This document shows, piece by piece, positions 53,142 to 62,209 of a stretch of DNA of 64,000 nucleotides (position 1 is the first letter of the stretch; each line of letters begins with the position of its first letter). Source of the stretch: a virus. Location: the IMG/VR virus record IMGVR_UViG_3300032050_000122. One strand, written 5' to 3'. The translations under genes were made by a program, and so were the position numbers. The notes under the pieces were generated by a model, which saw only the letters and a program-made list of their open reading frames with translations, was not told where the DNA came from and did not search any database.

Positions 53142-53720
53142 TTACGCCGATGTCGTGTAGGTGATGTTCAATTGATCACCGCTCGACACTGGGACGGGCG
53201 AAGCGAAGGCCGCTGTTGCCCACAATTTTCCGGTCGTGCCGCTCTTGGCACTTCCGCTTGTCACAAAGATTCCGTAAACCGTTCCACCACCGCCGTTGAT
53301 GTTGAACACGCAGGCGGAGGCATTTGTCACGGTACGGACACCAGCACTGGCCGTTCCACTCGTCCAGCTTACACGCGTCGACTGCGAGTAGGCAATGAAC
53401 TCGGTCCAACCAGCATGGCTGTTCATTACGTCGGCATTGTCCAAAGCCGAGAAACCGGCGTTGTCAATGAAGCCGATGTACCACGCGTTCTGTGCAATCT
53501 GCGTTGCACTATTGAACATGACGTTGAACAGCGTATTGACACCTTCATTGGTGATGTTGTTCAGCGTGTCATGCACGCCAATCAACTTACCACCACGATA
53601 TTGTTCCATCTTCACCGGGTTCCGAAATTTCAGGAACTGGGTGAGACTTCGATTTCGTTCCGCAACGAAATCGATTTGGTCCTTGACAGAAAAAGCTCGG
53701 ACATCGTTATTCATTTTCAT
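53142..53720 (-). CDS. putative distal tail protein
   Basis: 192 aa directly downstream of the tape measure gene. Confidence 0.35.
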   Translation of the reverse strand: MKMNNDVRAFSVKDQIDFVAERNRSLTQFLKFRNPVKMEQYRGGKLIGVHDTLNNITNEGVNTLFNVMFNSATQIAQNAWYIGFIDNAGFSALDNADVMNSHAGWTEFIAYSQSTRVSWTSGTASAGVRTVTNASACVFNINGGGGTVYGIFVTSGSAKSGTTGKLWATAAFASPVPVSSGDQLNITYTTSA

Positions 53721-53728
53721 CTCCAGGG

Positions 53729-56700
53729 TTAAGCATTTCCACGCCGTTGTTCGCGACGTATGATTTTCATGACTGCACGAGCAGTCTGTTCAGGACTGTC
53801 AGAACCGCTAACATTGAAGGTCATGTTACCGATACTGCTGTTCGTCACGGTTCCACCGTTTGCATATCCACCACCGCGTGGTGCATCACCACGATTCATG
53901 CGAACAAGTGTCGCATAAAACTTCTGCGTCGATTCCGGATTCATAACAAATTCGCCGCGTCGTGCACGAATCATTACATTGTCCGGACCGAAGTTGGAAA
54001 ACATGTTTCCAATCAAACCACCCTCTGCGTACCCTTGCGGGTTAACCATATCTCCATTTATGATTACAGGCGGTGGAGCCGGTGGTGGGATCACTACCGG
54101 TGGCGGGATGTTAATGGTTACCGGTGTCGGCCCATTCTGAATAACCGGCAAAGGTATTGCGCCAGGTTGTGGCGGTCCTACCGGTGCCTGTGGTGGCCCA
54201 TTCTGAATGACCGGCAAAGGTATTGCGCCAGCAGGTGCTGGTGGCCCCATCAACCCTGGTGCCGGTGCTGCTGGTGCGCCTGGTCCCCCAAGGAGTCCTG
54301 GTAGCACGATTCCAGCAATGCCAGATAGCCCTGTTCTGATTCTTTCAGCCAGAGTTCTTAACGCTTCTGGTGCTTGGTCTATAGCACGCTGGACACCATC
54401 CATTCCTTGCTGTCCTGCATTCACCAGTATATCACGCGCACGTCGTACTCTTTCAGCCTCTGCACGTGCATTGGCTTCAGCAACAGTTGTCTCAGCCCTA
54501 GTCCGATTCTCAGTGGCTTCCGTAAGGCGTGCCATAGCCACACGAAGTGCCTCAGACCCGGCCGTAGTATTTACCAAACCATCAGCCCGCGGTGCAGTAG
54601 ATAAGAGACCTCGACCACGTTGAAATCGATCAAACAGTTCAGCAATCGCTCTTGCTGCTTCTTGTGCTCTGGCAATATCTTCCGGCCTACCAGAGGCAAC
54701 AGCAACAGAATTCAAACGTGTCGCTTCCTCAATAGCTTCCTGCAACATTCTAGCTCGCTGACGAGTTAGAGCGTCCGCACCTTCCGAGCCTAATGAGGAC
54801 GCACCAGCTACAGTTCTTGGGTCTGGTACAAACCCTCGAATCTCATTCAGTGTTGTTTGAGCTTGTCGAAGCTGCTCAATTTGCGCCTGCCTTGCCGCTA
54901 CAGCCTCAGCCGTTGCTCGATCAGTATTCCGAGCAATCTCTGCCAAGATACCAATCTGTTCACGTTGATTAGCTTCACTCCGGCGTCTTGCCTCAGCATT
55001 CTGGAACAAAGCTTCCAATGCAATTCTCTGGTTCTGCAATTGCAGAGTCAAAGCCGCAACTTCTTGCTCAGTAGGTGCACGCCTACGAGCTTGGTCTGCT
55101 TGTTCTTGAGTGATTGCACCAGTACGCAAAGCCTCAGCAATACCAGCTTCAATCGATGCTGGCAACTGTTCAATACGAGCAATCTGTTGGTCGATTGTTC
55201 TATTGATTTCAGCAGATGCAAGTCGACCACCGGCAGCACCCTGGAAGTTCTCGCGTGGAGTTCCGTCCGGCGTAAGCAACCGATTAGGCAGACGAGCAAC
55301 ATTACGCTGACCTTCTTGAACCAACCGGACCTGATTACGCAGTTCTTGGTTGATTGCTTGAAGTGCAGCTTGTTGAGCTGCCAGTCGTTGTCGGCGTCTC
55401 GCTTCGAACGCTTCTTCCGCAGCATTGAGTCGTCTCGCTGCTTCTTCCCGCTCACGATTGAATGGGTTAAAGGTTTGATCTTGACGCGTAGACCTTGCTC
55501 GGAATTCAGCGTTGCGTCTCGAAGACTGCGCACGAATGTCATATTCTTGTTCAGTCAACTGACGAAGCTCAGCCATCTTTCGGCGTGCCGTAGCAATACT
55601 AACTGCGTCACCCTTAGCTTCAAGTTGTGCAATTTCTTCGGTCAGTCGCTGTTTACGATCTCGAATCAAGCTAAGCTGATTATTTGCACCAGCATCTTGA
55701 GCATTCAACAATTTCGCGGCATTATTTTGCTGCGAAGCACTTGTGAATGGTGTAGTTTGCGATACGTCAGCAGCACTCTTCAACCGATCCTGGAACGATT
55801 CCTTGTCAGTCTTTTCTGCAAGGTCTTGAACTCGACTCAACGATTCCGAGATTTGAGACTCGGCTTGTTTTGCGATAGCTTCCAGTGCTTCGATCTGTGC
55901 TGCAAAAGCACCAAAAACCGATTTGCTAGAGGCTTCGATTTCCTGGCCAAGAGTATGTACTCGTTCCCGTTGCAAGTCAGCTTGACGATTCAATTCGGCA
56001 TTAACTGGCAAGAAAGTAGCAGCAATTGCTGCTGTTCCTTCTTGCAAAGCTGTCCGTGTAAGCTGACGTTGTCCGGCTGCCCAAGTGTTAGAACGCTCCA
56101 TCGATTCGCGAGCAGCCGTGTTAAAGGCGGCCATCGCCTCTCGATTTTCTCTTGTTGCTCGACTAAGAAGGCCGACTCCTTCGGCAATTCTTTCAATCAG
56201 CTGAGCAACAAGAACTGCACCAGTCGCAACCGCAGCAATAGGTTCGACAAGTGCTGCAATCAATCGACCAGTGTCAATGATTACATTCGAAAGGCCACCA
56301 GCACGATCCGCCATGTTGAGGATCGTATTGATAATTTGCGGCCCAATTTGACCGACAAAAGCCGTTCTAATTTTCTCAAGCTCGTCATTCCACCGACCTG
56401 TCGCATCCACAACTCGCAAAGCAGCGTCAGCGGTATTGTTTAATCCTTCAACATTGTCTAAAGGATTACCACCACGTTGCCGTGCTTGAAAGGAATCAGC
56501 GACAGACAGACCACCACCAGCACGACGGCTTTGAACAGCTTGTCGTGCCTGGATGTTGCCTTCATCAATGTTACGATTGATGTACTGAAGTGCCCCGCCC
56601 AATCGTTGGGCTTGAATCAATTGTTGCGGGCTAAAGATTCCATCGCCAGCCATCAAGTCACGCATTCGTTGCGTAGGCCGTTCGATCGAATTCATTACCG

Positions 56701-57667
56701 CGCCGAGTTGAGTCATAACCTCGGCATCAGAGATGCCTGTGGCCTTCAACTCTTCCATCAACAAGGCAACTTCGGAGAAACTGATCCCGAGGCGTTGAGC
56801 TTGCGAAGATACGCGACCAAGTGATCCAGAAATCGCTTCAACGCCGATACCAGATTGAGCCAAGTGGATCAACTGATTACTAACGTGTTGCGATTCCTCA
56901 GCCGTCAGTTGGAAAGCACGAGTAACAGCAGTAATCGCTGTTGCTGCTGCTGGTCCAGTAGAACCAGTTACCTCAGCAAGACGGATAGCCGAATTAGTGA
57001 TCGCATCAATTTGGTCAGCACTTTGTGCCCCACCTTGATCAGCAGCAATTCTACCAATGTTGGCCGTATCTTGCAGCGACCGGCCGTAGGCCAAAGAAAG
57101 ATTAGTAAACCGTTCAGACAGTTGATCGGCACTTACACCAAGCTCTTGGTGCAGAGCGACAATACGTCCGACCGATTCTTGGTACTCAGCAGCAGCCGTA
57201 ATCGAGTTACCGATAGCACCGGCAATGTCCAAGAAGACACGCCGAATGACTGTAACTGTCAACAGCCGGAAGATGCCGTCCCATGCAAAAGTGAATGCCT
57301 TAGCATGTTCGACACCAGCTTTACCAGTCTTGGCCGAAGCTTGAGTCAACTTGTCCAGAGAGTCAGCGGCTCTCTGAGTAGCTCCTGCGATTGCAGTCAA
57401 AGCTGCTGACTGTTGGGTTTGTGCAGCAGTCAAGGCTTGTACAGCTTTTGTCGTTGCTTCGGTAGCTGCTTTTTGAGCAGCCATTGCAGTATTCATTGCC
57501 TGCAATTGTTGTTCAATCTTTGCAGTCGAAGTTGCAAAACCGTTGAACGCAGCACCCGCAGATTGCAGGTTCTTGTTCATATCAACAATGGCTTGACCGA
57601 TTGCATCTACCGACGCGATAAACTGTGAGGCGTCAAGTGTTACTTGTGTTTGAGCAGGTGTTGCCAT
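53729..57667 (-). CDS. tail tape measure protein
   Basis: 1312 aa, long Ala/Gln/Glu/Arg-rich coiled-coil and Pro-rich C-terminal region, located between the chaperone-like and distal tail genes. Confidence 0.75.
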   Translation of the reverse strand: MATPAQTQVTLDASQFIASVDAIGQAIVDMNKNLQSAGAAFNGFATSTAKIEQQLQAMNTAMAAQKAATEATTKAVQALTAAQTQQSAALTAIAGATQRAADSLDKLTQASAKTGKAGVEHAKAFTFAWDGIFRLLTVTVIRRVFLDIAGAIGNSITAAAEYQESVGRIVALHQELGVSADQLSERFTNLSLAYGRSLQDTANIGRIAADQGGAQSADQIDAITNSAIRLAEVTGSTGPAAATAITAVTRAFQLTAEESQHVSNQLIHLAQSGIGVEAISGSLGRVSSQAQRLGISFSEVALLMEELKATGISDAEVMTQLGAVMNSIERPTQRMRDLMAGDGIFSPQQLIQAQRLGGALQYINRNIDEGNIQARQAVQSRRAGGGLSVADSFQARQRGGNPLDNVEGLNNTADAALRVVDATGRWNDELEKIRTAFVGQIGPQIINTILNMADRAGGLSNVIIDTGRLIAALVEPIAAVATGAVLVAQLIERIAEGVGLLSRATRENREAMAAFNTAARESMERSNTWAAGQRQLTRTALQEGTAAIAATFLPVNAELNRQADLQRERVHTLGQEIEASSKSVFGAFAAQIEALEAIAKQAESQISESLSRVQDLAEKTDKESFQDRLKSAADVSQTTPFTSASQQNNAAKLLNAQDAGANNQLSLIRDRKQRLTEEIAQLEAKGDAVSIATARRKMAELRQLTEQEYDIRAQSSRRNAEFRARSTRQDQTFNPFNREREEAARRLNAAEEAFEARRRQRLAAQQAALQAINQELRNQVRLVQEGQRNVARLPNRLLTPDGTPRENFQGAAGGRLASAEINRTIDQQIARIEQLPASIEAGIAEALRTGAITQEQADQARRRAPTEQEVAALTLQLQNQRIALEALFQNAEARRRSEANQREQIGILAEIARNTDRATAEAVAARQAQIEQLRQAQTTLNEIRGFVPDPRTVAGASSLGSEGADALTRQRARMLQEAIEEATRLNSVAVASGRPEDIARAQEAARAIAELFDRFQRGRGLLSTAPRADGLVNTTAGSEALRVAMARLTEATENRTRAETTVAEANARAEAERVRRARDILVNAGQQGMDGVQRAIDQAPEALRTLAERIRTGLSGIAGIVLPGLLGGPGAPAAPAPGLMGPPAPAGAIPLPVIQNGPPQAPVGPPQPGAIPLPVIQNGPTPVTINIPPPVVIPPPAPPPVIINGDMVNPQGYAEGGLIGNMFSNFGPDNVMIRARRGEFVMNPESTQKFYATLVRMNRGDAPRGGGYANGGTVTNSSIGNMTFNVSGSDSPEQTARAVMKIIRREQRRGNA

Positions 57668-58200
57668 TAGTTCAACTTCTTTCTAATTAGATAATCCGTT
57701 ATGGCAGGAATCCTTTGAAGACCTGTTCGTTCCAAGTAATCAATAAACGCGGCGGTCCCAAATTGGTAACTCTTCCAATTCAGTCGCTCGTCGTTAATCT
57801 CGTAGTACAACACAGTGTTGTCGTAGTTGAAGCTCCAAGATTTACCATTGTTGGTAAACACTCGGTTCGAAGGTGTCGAGAATGCCCGAGCGGCATCTGG
57901 TGTTTTAAGGACACCTTCGTAGTATTCAACATAGCCATTCACTGGCGAATTTTGTTTGGGCCGTTTGGCCAGTTTCTTCTTAAACGCTGCGGGGCTAGAA
58001 GCCGCCGCCATACCGATTGCATCTTGCAAATTAAGAAGCGTCCCGCGTGCAAATCCTGTTCGGACTGGCACGCGGGGTAACGCTGCCTCAACAAACTTTC
58101 TGGCCGCATTTCGCATTTCAAGTGCGATAGCTTTTTTGAAAGCATCTGAGAATTCGGCTCGTTTGAACTCGAATCCCGCGATAGTGATGTTGACTTTCAT
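57667..58200 (-). CDS. putative tail assembly chaperone
   Basis: 177 aa immediately upstream of the tape measure gene. Confidence 0.35.
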   Translation of the reverse strand: MKVNITIAGFEFKRAEFSDAFKKAIALEMRNAARKFVEAALPRVPVRTGFARGTLLNLQDAIGMAAASSPAAFKKKLAKRPKQNSPVNGYVEYYEGVLKTPDAARAFSTPSNRVFTNNGKSWSFNYDNTVLYYEINDERLNWKSYQFGTAAFIDYLERTGLQRIPAITDYLIRKKLN

Positions 58201-58346
58201 TTAGAACCTCGGTCCGCCTGCTTTCATGAGTTCGATTTTCTCATCGACCTCTTCATAGTCGCGGATTTGAGAGTAAGCTATTAACTGTGCTTGCGCCCAG
58301 ACATTACATTCGTCCCATGACGTTTCGATTCCTGGCGGTCTTATGC

Positions 58347-58877
58347 CTATTCGTTCGCAGGCCCGCCAGATTGCGTAGTCGTGGGTTCGTCCTCTTGGGA
58401 TGTACCGCTCGACACTTGTGTCTCCTGCGATTGTATAAAACGCCGGCGAGCTTCCTCAAGTTTCTGCTCGTCGAGGTTGTTGGCAATGAAGACACCACGG
58501 GAAATCAGATTCCGCTCGATGGAACTGAATCCCGCCTTTTTGAGTTCTTCCTCAAAGTTCAGCCACGTACTCGGGTCTTTGATGTCAATCGTTTCCCATT
58601 CCAACCCTTCGGTTGCTTCAAGGGACTTGATCAACATGTAGTAGGTCTGTTTCGTGACCCGCTGCCTGACTGCTGCTTGGTACTTGACATCCTTGAAGTT
58701 CTGCTCTTTCACCCCACCTGGCTTCATAATCCAGGGTACCTTAGGTTCGGGGCAGAGTCGTTCGAAGTCGGTGTAATCAAGCACGGCTCGTGCCTTGAAA
58801 ACGATCTGACCGTCACCCCGAGGGATGACGATCAGTTCTTCGTTCGGACCCTTAATCTCTTGGCCCAGAATACGCAT
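58347..58877 (-). CDS. putative tail assembly chaperone
   Basis: 176 aa acidic protein between the major tail and tape measure genes. Confidence 0.35.
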   Translation of the reverse strand: MRILGQEIKGPNEELIVIPRGDGQIVFKARAVLDYTDFERLCPEPKVPWIMKPGGVKEQNFKDVKYQAAVRQRVTKQTYYMLIKSLEATEGLEWETIDIKDPSTWLNFEEELKKAGFSSIERNLISRGVFIANNLDEQKLEEARRRFIQSQETQVSSGTSQEDEPTTTQSGGPANE

Positions 58878-58889
58878 TAGATGCCTCGC

Positions 58890-60002
58890 TTATTGGTCAA
58901 CGCGGGTAACAGTTGCCTGGGTCAGATTGCACTTACCCGAACATGCAATCATGGCCGTTTTGGTATCGTGCTGGAGTTCCTCGTAACGGAACTCAGCAAG
59001 GTCGATGATTTCCTTCTGTGCCGAAGAGCAAGGAGGAACGTACTCGATACGGAGAGTAACGCAGTACGGTTCGCAAGGATCGGAACCGGCACTGACCCAA
59101 GTCGATGCCTGACCTTGCTTCTTGAGAACATCTTCGACCGTCAGAGCTTCGCCGGTGCTGGACTTGACAAAAATCCAGCCGAAGTCCAACTTGACTTCCA
59201 ACGGTTCTTCATCACCGTTCCGCACCGAGTCGAGCTTGCCGCGATTCTTCTTGTACTCACGAGCTTTCTTCTCCGTGTAGGAGAAGCTACCGTCACCAAG
59301 ACGGACTTGAAGCGTGTGAGGCAGAACATCAACCGCAGCGTTGTTCTGAACTGCGACAGCCAACACCGGAGTGAAGGTAATCGAAGTCGTGAACGTGGAG
59401 TCAATCTTGGATGTGACCGTGTACTCGGTTGTATCCTGCTGGTTTGGATCGAGGTTGGTAAACGTCACAACATCACCAACAGCGATTACCGCACCCGCAC
59501 CAGAATCCACAACCGTGGTCGAAGCGCCAGCGGCATAAGCCGGAACGCCAGGAACGCTTGTGGCATGAGTGATGGTGATGGCAGCCGGTGCGCTGGTCAT
59601 CAACGAGACGCTCGAACTTCCGATTGCAGGCTGGTTGATACCAGCCAAGTCGCCTTGGAAGGTAACAGTGAAAGGGCCAGTTGCTGTGGTTCCAGCAACA
59701 GCCACATTGCCGGCACCGATGGAAGTCAAAGCTTCCAAAGCTGCCTGAGCCGCCGCAGCGGTGTACGTCGAAATCGCCGCAGTCGATTCGCCATTGAACG
59801 TCAGCACGTAGCTGCCCGAATCAATCGTGCCGCTAAACGTAATCGTTTGCTGCTCGTCGGTTCCGGCGTTGTTGACAAGATAGCCAGTGGGTCCACCATT
59901 GGCCGTACCATATCCGTCGAGGATATAGATTTCAGCGTTCTTGAGGTCAAAGTACGCGTAAGACGTATTGACCGGAATACCCTTGAGGTACTTCATGTTC
60001 AA
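58890..60002 (-). CDS. major tail protein (with Ig-like C-terminal region?)
   Basis: 370 aa Thr/Ala/Gly-rich beta-type protein in the canonical position upstream of the chaperones and tape measure. Confidence 0.5.
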   Translation of the reverse strand: MNMKYLKGIPVNTSYAYFDLKNAEIYILDGYGTANGGPTGYLVNNAGTDEQQTITFSGTIDSGSYVLTFNGESTAAISTYTAAAAQAALEALTSIGAGNVAVAGTTATGPFTVTFQGDLAGINQPAIGSSSVSLMTSAPAAITITHATSVPGVPAYAAGASTTVVDSGAGAVIAVGDVVTFTNLDPNQQDTTEYTVTSKIDSTFTTSITFTPVLAVAVQNNAAVDVLPHTLQVRLGDGSFSYTEKKAREYKKNRGKLDSVRNGDEEPLEVKLDFGWIFVKSSTGEALTVEDVLKKQGQASTWVSAGSDPCEPYCVTLRIEYVPPCSSAQKEIIDLAEFRYEELQHDTKTAMIACSGKCNLTQATVTRVDQ

Positions 60003-60010
60003 AACTCCTG

Positions 60011-60544
60011 TTAAGTGTCCAAGTACATACAGTAGTAGGCTTGGACCGTTGATTGTGTCAATTTCACGCTGGGGTCCATCTGACCGAAGTGATGAATCAC
60101 AATCGGGTCAGACTCTTCGGTATCGAGTACGAGGCATCCTACTGCGGAGCCATCGTCGTCGGTTCCATTACCGAGTTTGAACACGGTAATACTGGGAGCA
60201 AAAGTAGCAAACACGCGGCCTACCGAAGTATCGTGAGTATAGACATTGTTGCCAGTCAATTGAGTTTCGACCAAGAAGTTCATGGTAATCGTGTACTTGT
60301 CACGGCCATGACATTCCCTCACTAAAGGCCCATCCATTCGCATTTCTGTCCATGTTGGCAAGCGGTTAATGATTTTACCGTTCTTGTCAATATGTTCAGT
60401 AAGCTCGACGTAGACCTTAATCTTGTCTTTAAGTTGGTCGTTGAACCAAGTATAAAGAGAAGCTCGAATCCAACGAATGATGTGTTCTTTGTTAATCATT
60501 GTGCATCCCTTGATCAATTTCAAGATCGTTGCACGCTGAATCAC
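60011..60544 (-). CDS. head-tail joining or tail terminator-like protein
   Basis: 177 aa; position only. Confidence 0.3.
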   Translation of the reverse strand: MIQRATILKLIKGCTMINKEHIIRWIRASLYTWFNDQLKDKIKVYVELTEHIDKNGKIINRLPTWTEMRMDGPLVRECHGRDKYTITMNFLVETQLTGNNVYTHDTSVGRVFATFAPSITVFKLGNGTDDDGSAVGCLVLDTEESDPIVIHHFGQMDPSVKLTQSTVQAYYCMYLDT

Positions 60545-60965
60545 TCAGCAGTTGTGCTGGTGGAACACCTTGCGTGTCTGTCATCGTGAGTACCCAGCCA
60601 TAGGCACTAATCAATTCGGTGATACTCGAAATGGCCCATCGTGTGCCATTGTGTACGATGTAATCTTCCATGGTTGGCACAAAATCGACAGGGACATCTT
60701 CTGCATCGAGGATGCAGACATGCTTAGCCGTGTCAAAGTGTCCACCGTAATTGAACTGGCTGTTGGCTGGCTTGAACTGTCTTTTGCTGCCTTCGTCCAA
60801 CACGACAGCCAGAGACACATTCAGGACAGTTTTCGGTTTTTCGATTTCGCCGGTACGAGTGTCAACTGTTTGCGACCCGTAGCGGTAAATATCAATTGGA
60901 GTTCCATAATCCAATTTCAATTTATACAACACATTTTTGATGTAGGCTGCACCGCCGGGTGTCAT
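60492..60965 (-). CDS. head-tail joining protein (putative)
   Basis: 157 aa; position only. Confidence 0.3.
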   Translation of the reverse strand: MTPGGAAYIKNVLYKLKLDYGTPIDIYRYGSQTVDTRTGEIEKPKTVLNVSLAVVLDEGSKRQFKPANSQFNYGGHFDTAKHVCILDAEDVPVDFVPTMEDYIVHNGTRWAISSITELISAYGWVLTMTDTQGVPPAQLLSDSACNDLEIDQGMHND

Positions 60966-60969
60966 CAGT

Positions 60970-61227
60970 TCACTCCTTGGGTTTGCAAAGGCTCAAACAT
61001 TCGTTCAGTGAATCATACAATGGCTTAAATTGTTTTGCAATTTCAGCGATTGCAGTCTCCAACTGTTCTTGTTTCGAATATAAGAGCACTGGAACTTTCA
61101 CATCTGGGACAGGAGCATCGGCAACGACAATATGACAATCTTCAATTGACGATATTTCGAAGCCGTAATCCTTTAGCACACGACAGACTTTATCGGCGTC
61201 GTGGCCTACAACGCAGATACGAATCAT
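60970..61227 (-). CDS. hypothetical protein
   Basis: 85 aa. Confidence 0.35.
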   Translation of the reverse strand: MIRICVVGHDADKVCRVLKDYGFEISSIEDCHIVVADAPVPDVKVPVLLYSKQEQLETAIAEIAKQFKPLYDSLNECLSLCKPKE

Positions 61228-61577
61228 TTCTGAATCCTCCGCTCCAAATCCGCGATCTTCTCTCGAAGATCGTTATTCTCACACGTGAGATTCTGGATTT
61301 GCTCCTTCATTTTCATGTTTTCCATTAGCGTTGCGACATTCGCAGTTTGAATGTCAACAACTTTTTGTTGCACTTCAACGAGTTTTAATTCCAGCCTTTG
61401 CATCTTTGAATCTTGCTGGAGAATCGTTTCTTTGTAACTCGTCAAAAGGAAAGCAGCACCTTCTTGGTCTTCTTTCTTTTTCTGCGACAAGGCTTCCTTT
61501 ATCTTTGTGATAATCGGTACGATAGCAGCAGAAATTGCCATCAAGACTGCAACCCATTCTGTTGAAATAGGTTCCAT
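61224..61577 (-). CDS. hypothetical coiled-coil protein
   Basis: 117 aa. Confidence 0.35.
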   Translation of the reverse strand: MEPISTEWVAVLMAISAAIVPIITKIKEALSQKKKEDQEGAAFLLTSYKETILQQDSKMQRLELKLVEVQQKVVDIQTANVATLMENMKMKEQIQNLTCENNDLREKIADLERRIQK

Positions 61578-61588
61578 GTTTAAGCTCC

Positions 61589-62209
61589 TTATACCCGGAC
61601 CAAATCAATTTCTTCCGGGTCACGTAGATATGGTTTCAGGTAAGTCCAAGCTCGGAAACTAGGAATACCTGCACGCATATAGTCAGGTATGAAGGATCGA
61701 TCGTAACCAGTTCTGACGTTGCTATACGTCTGCGAAGCAGTAGCAAGGATGTCAGCTTCACGATCAGGGTCATACCCTTGAATGAGCTTTATTGCAATTT
61801 CAAAGCAAGCCTTTTTGATGTCTTCCGGAATCTCATCATCCGGGTCGCCAGCGGTGTTGACACCGCAAACAAGTACCGGACTTGGACCCCGTGGAAACTG
61901 ATGAACTTGGCTTGTTTCAGCTTTGATTCCTACGAAATTCAAGCGATCAATCATCTCGGTCGCTTCGTGCATTGCAGACTTTTTGTCCACGTTTCTTGCA
62001 CGTTTCCACGCTGTAGAGCGTAGACGATTATCAAAGTAGTTGTTTGCTTCCGAGAGAGTCCCGTAAGCATCCAAATACTCGGAGTTGTATGGCATACAAC
62101 TCTGCATAGGAAACAGATTGTTGAGACAAGCCAAGTTCAAATTGGCTTGATTACCTTGGGCTTGTACAAGGGTCAACGTGTTATCAACGGAGATGTCAAT
62201 AATTGCCAT
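61589..62209 (-). CDS. putative head-tail connector protein
   Basis: 206 aa; position between the capsid-proximal gene and the tail genes. Confidence 0.3.
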   Translation of the reverse strand: MAIIDISVDNTLTLVQAQGNQANLNLACLNNLFPMQSCMPYNSEYLDAYGTLSEANNYFDNRLRSTAWKRARNVDKKSAMHEATEMIDRLNFVGIKAETSQVHQFPRGPSPVLVCGVNTAGDPDDEIPEDIKKACFEIAIKLIQGYDPDREADILATASQTYSNVRTGYDRSFIPDYMRAGIPSFRAWTYLKPYLRDPEEIDLVRV

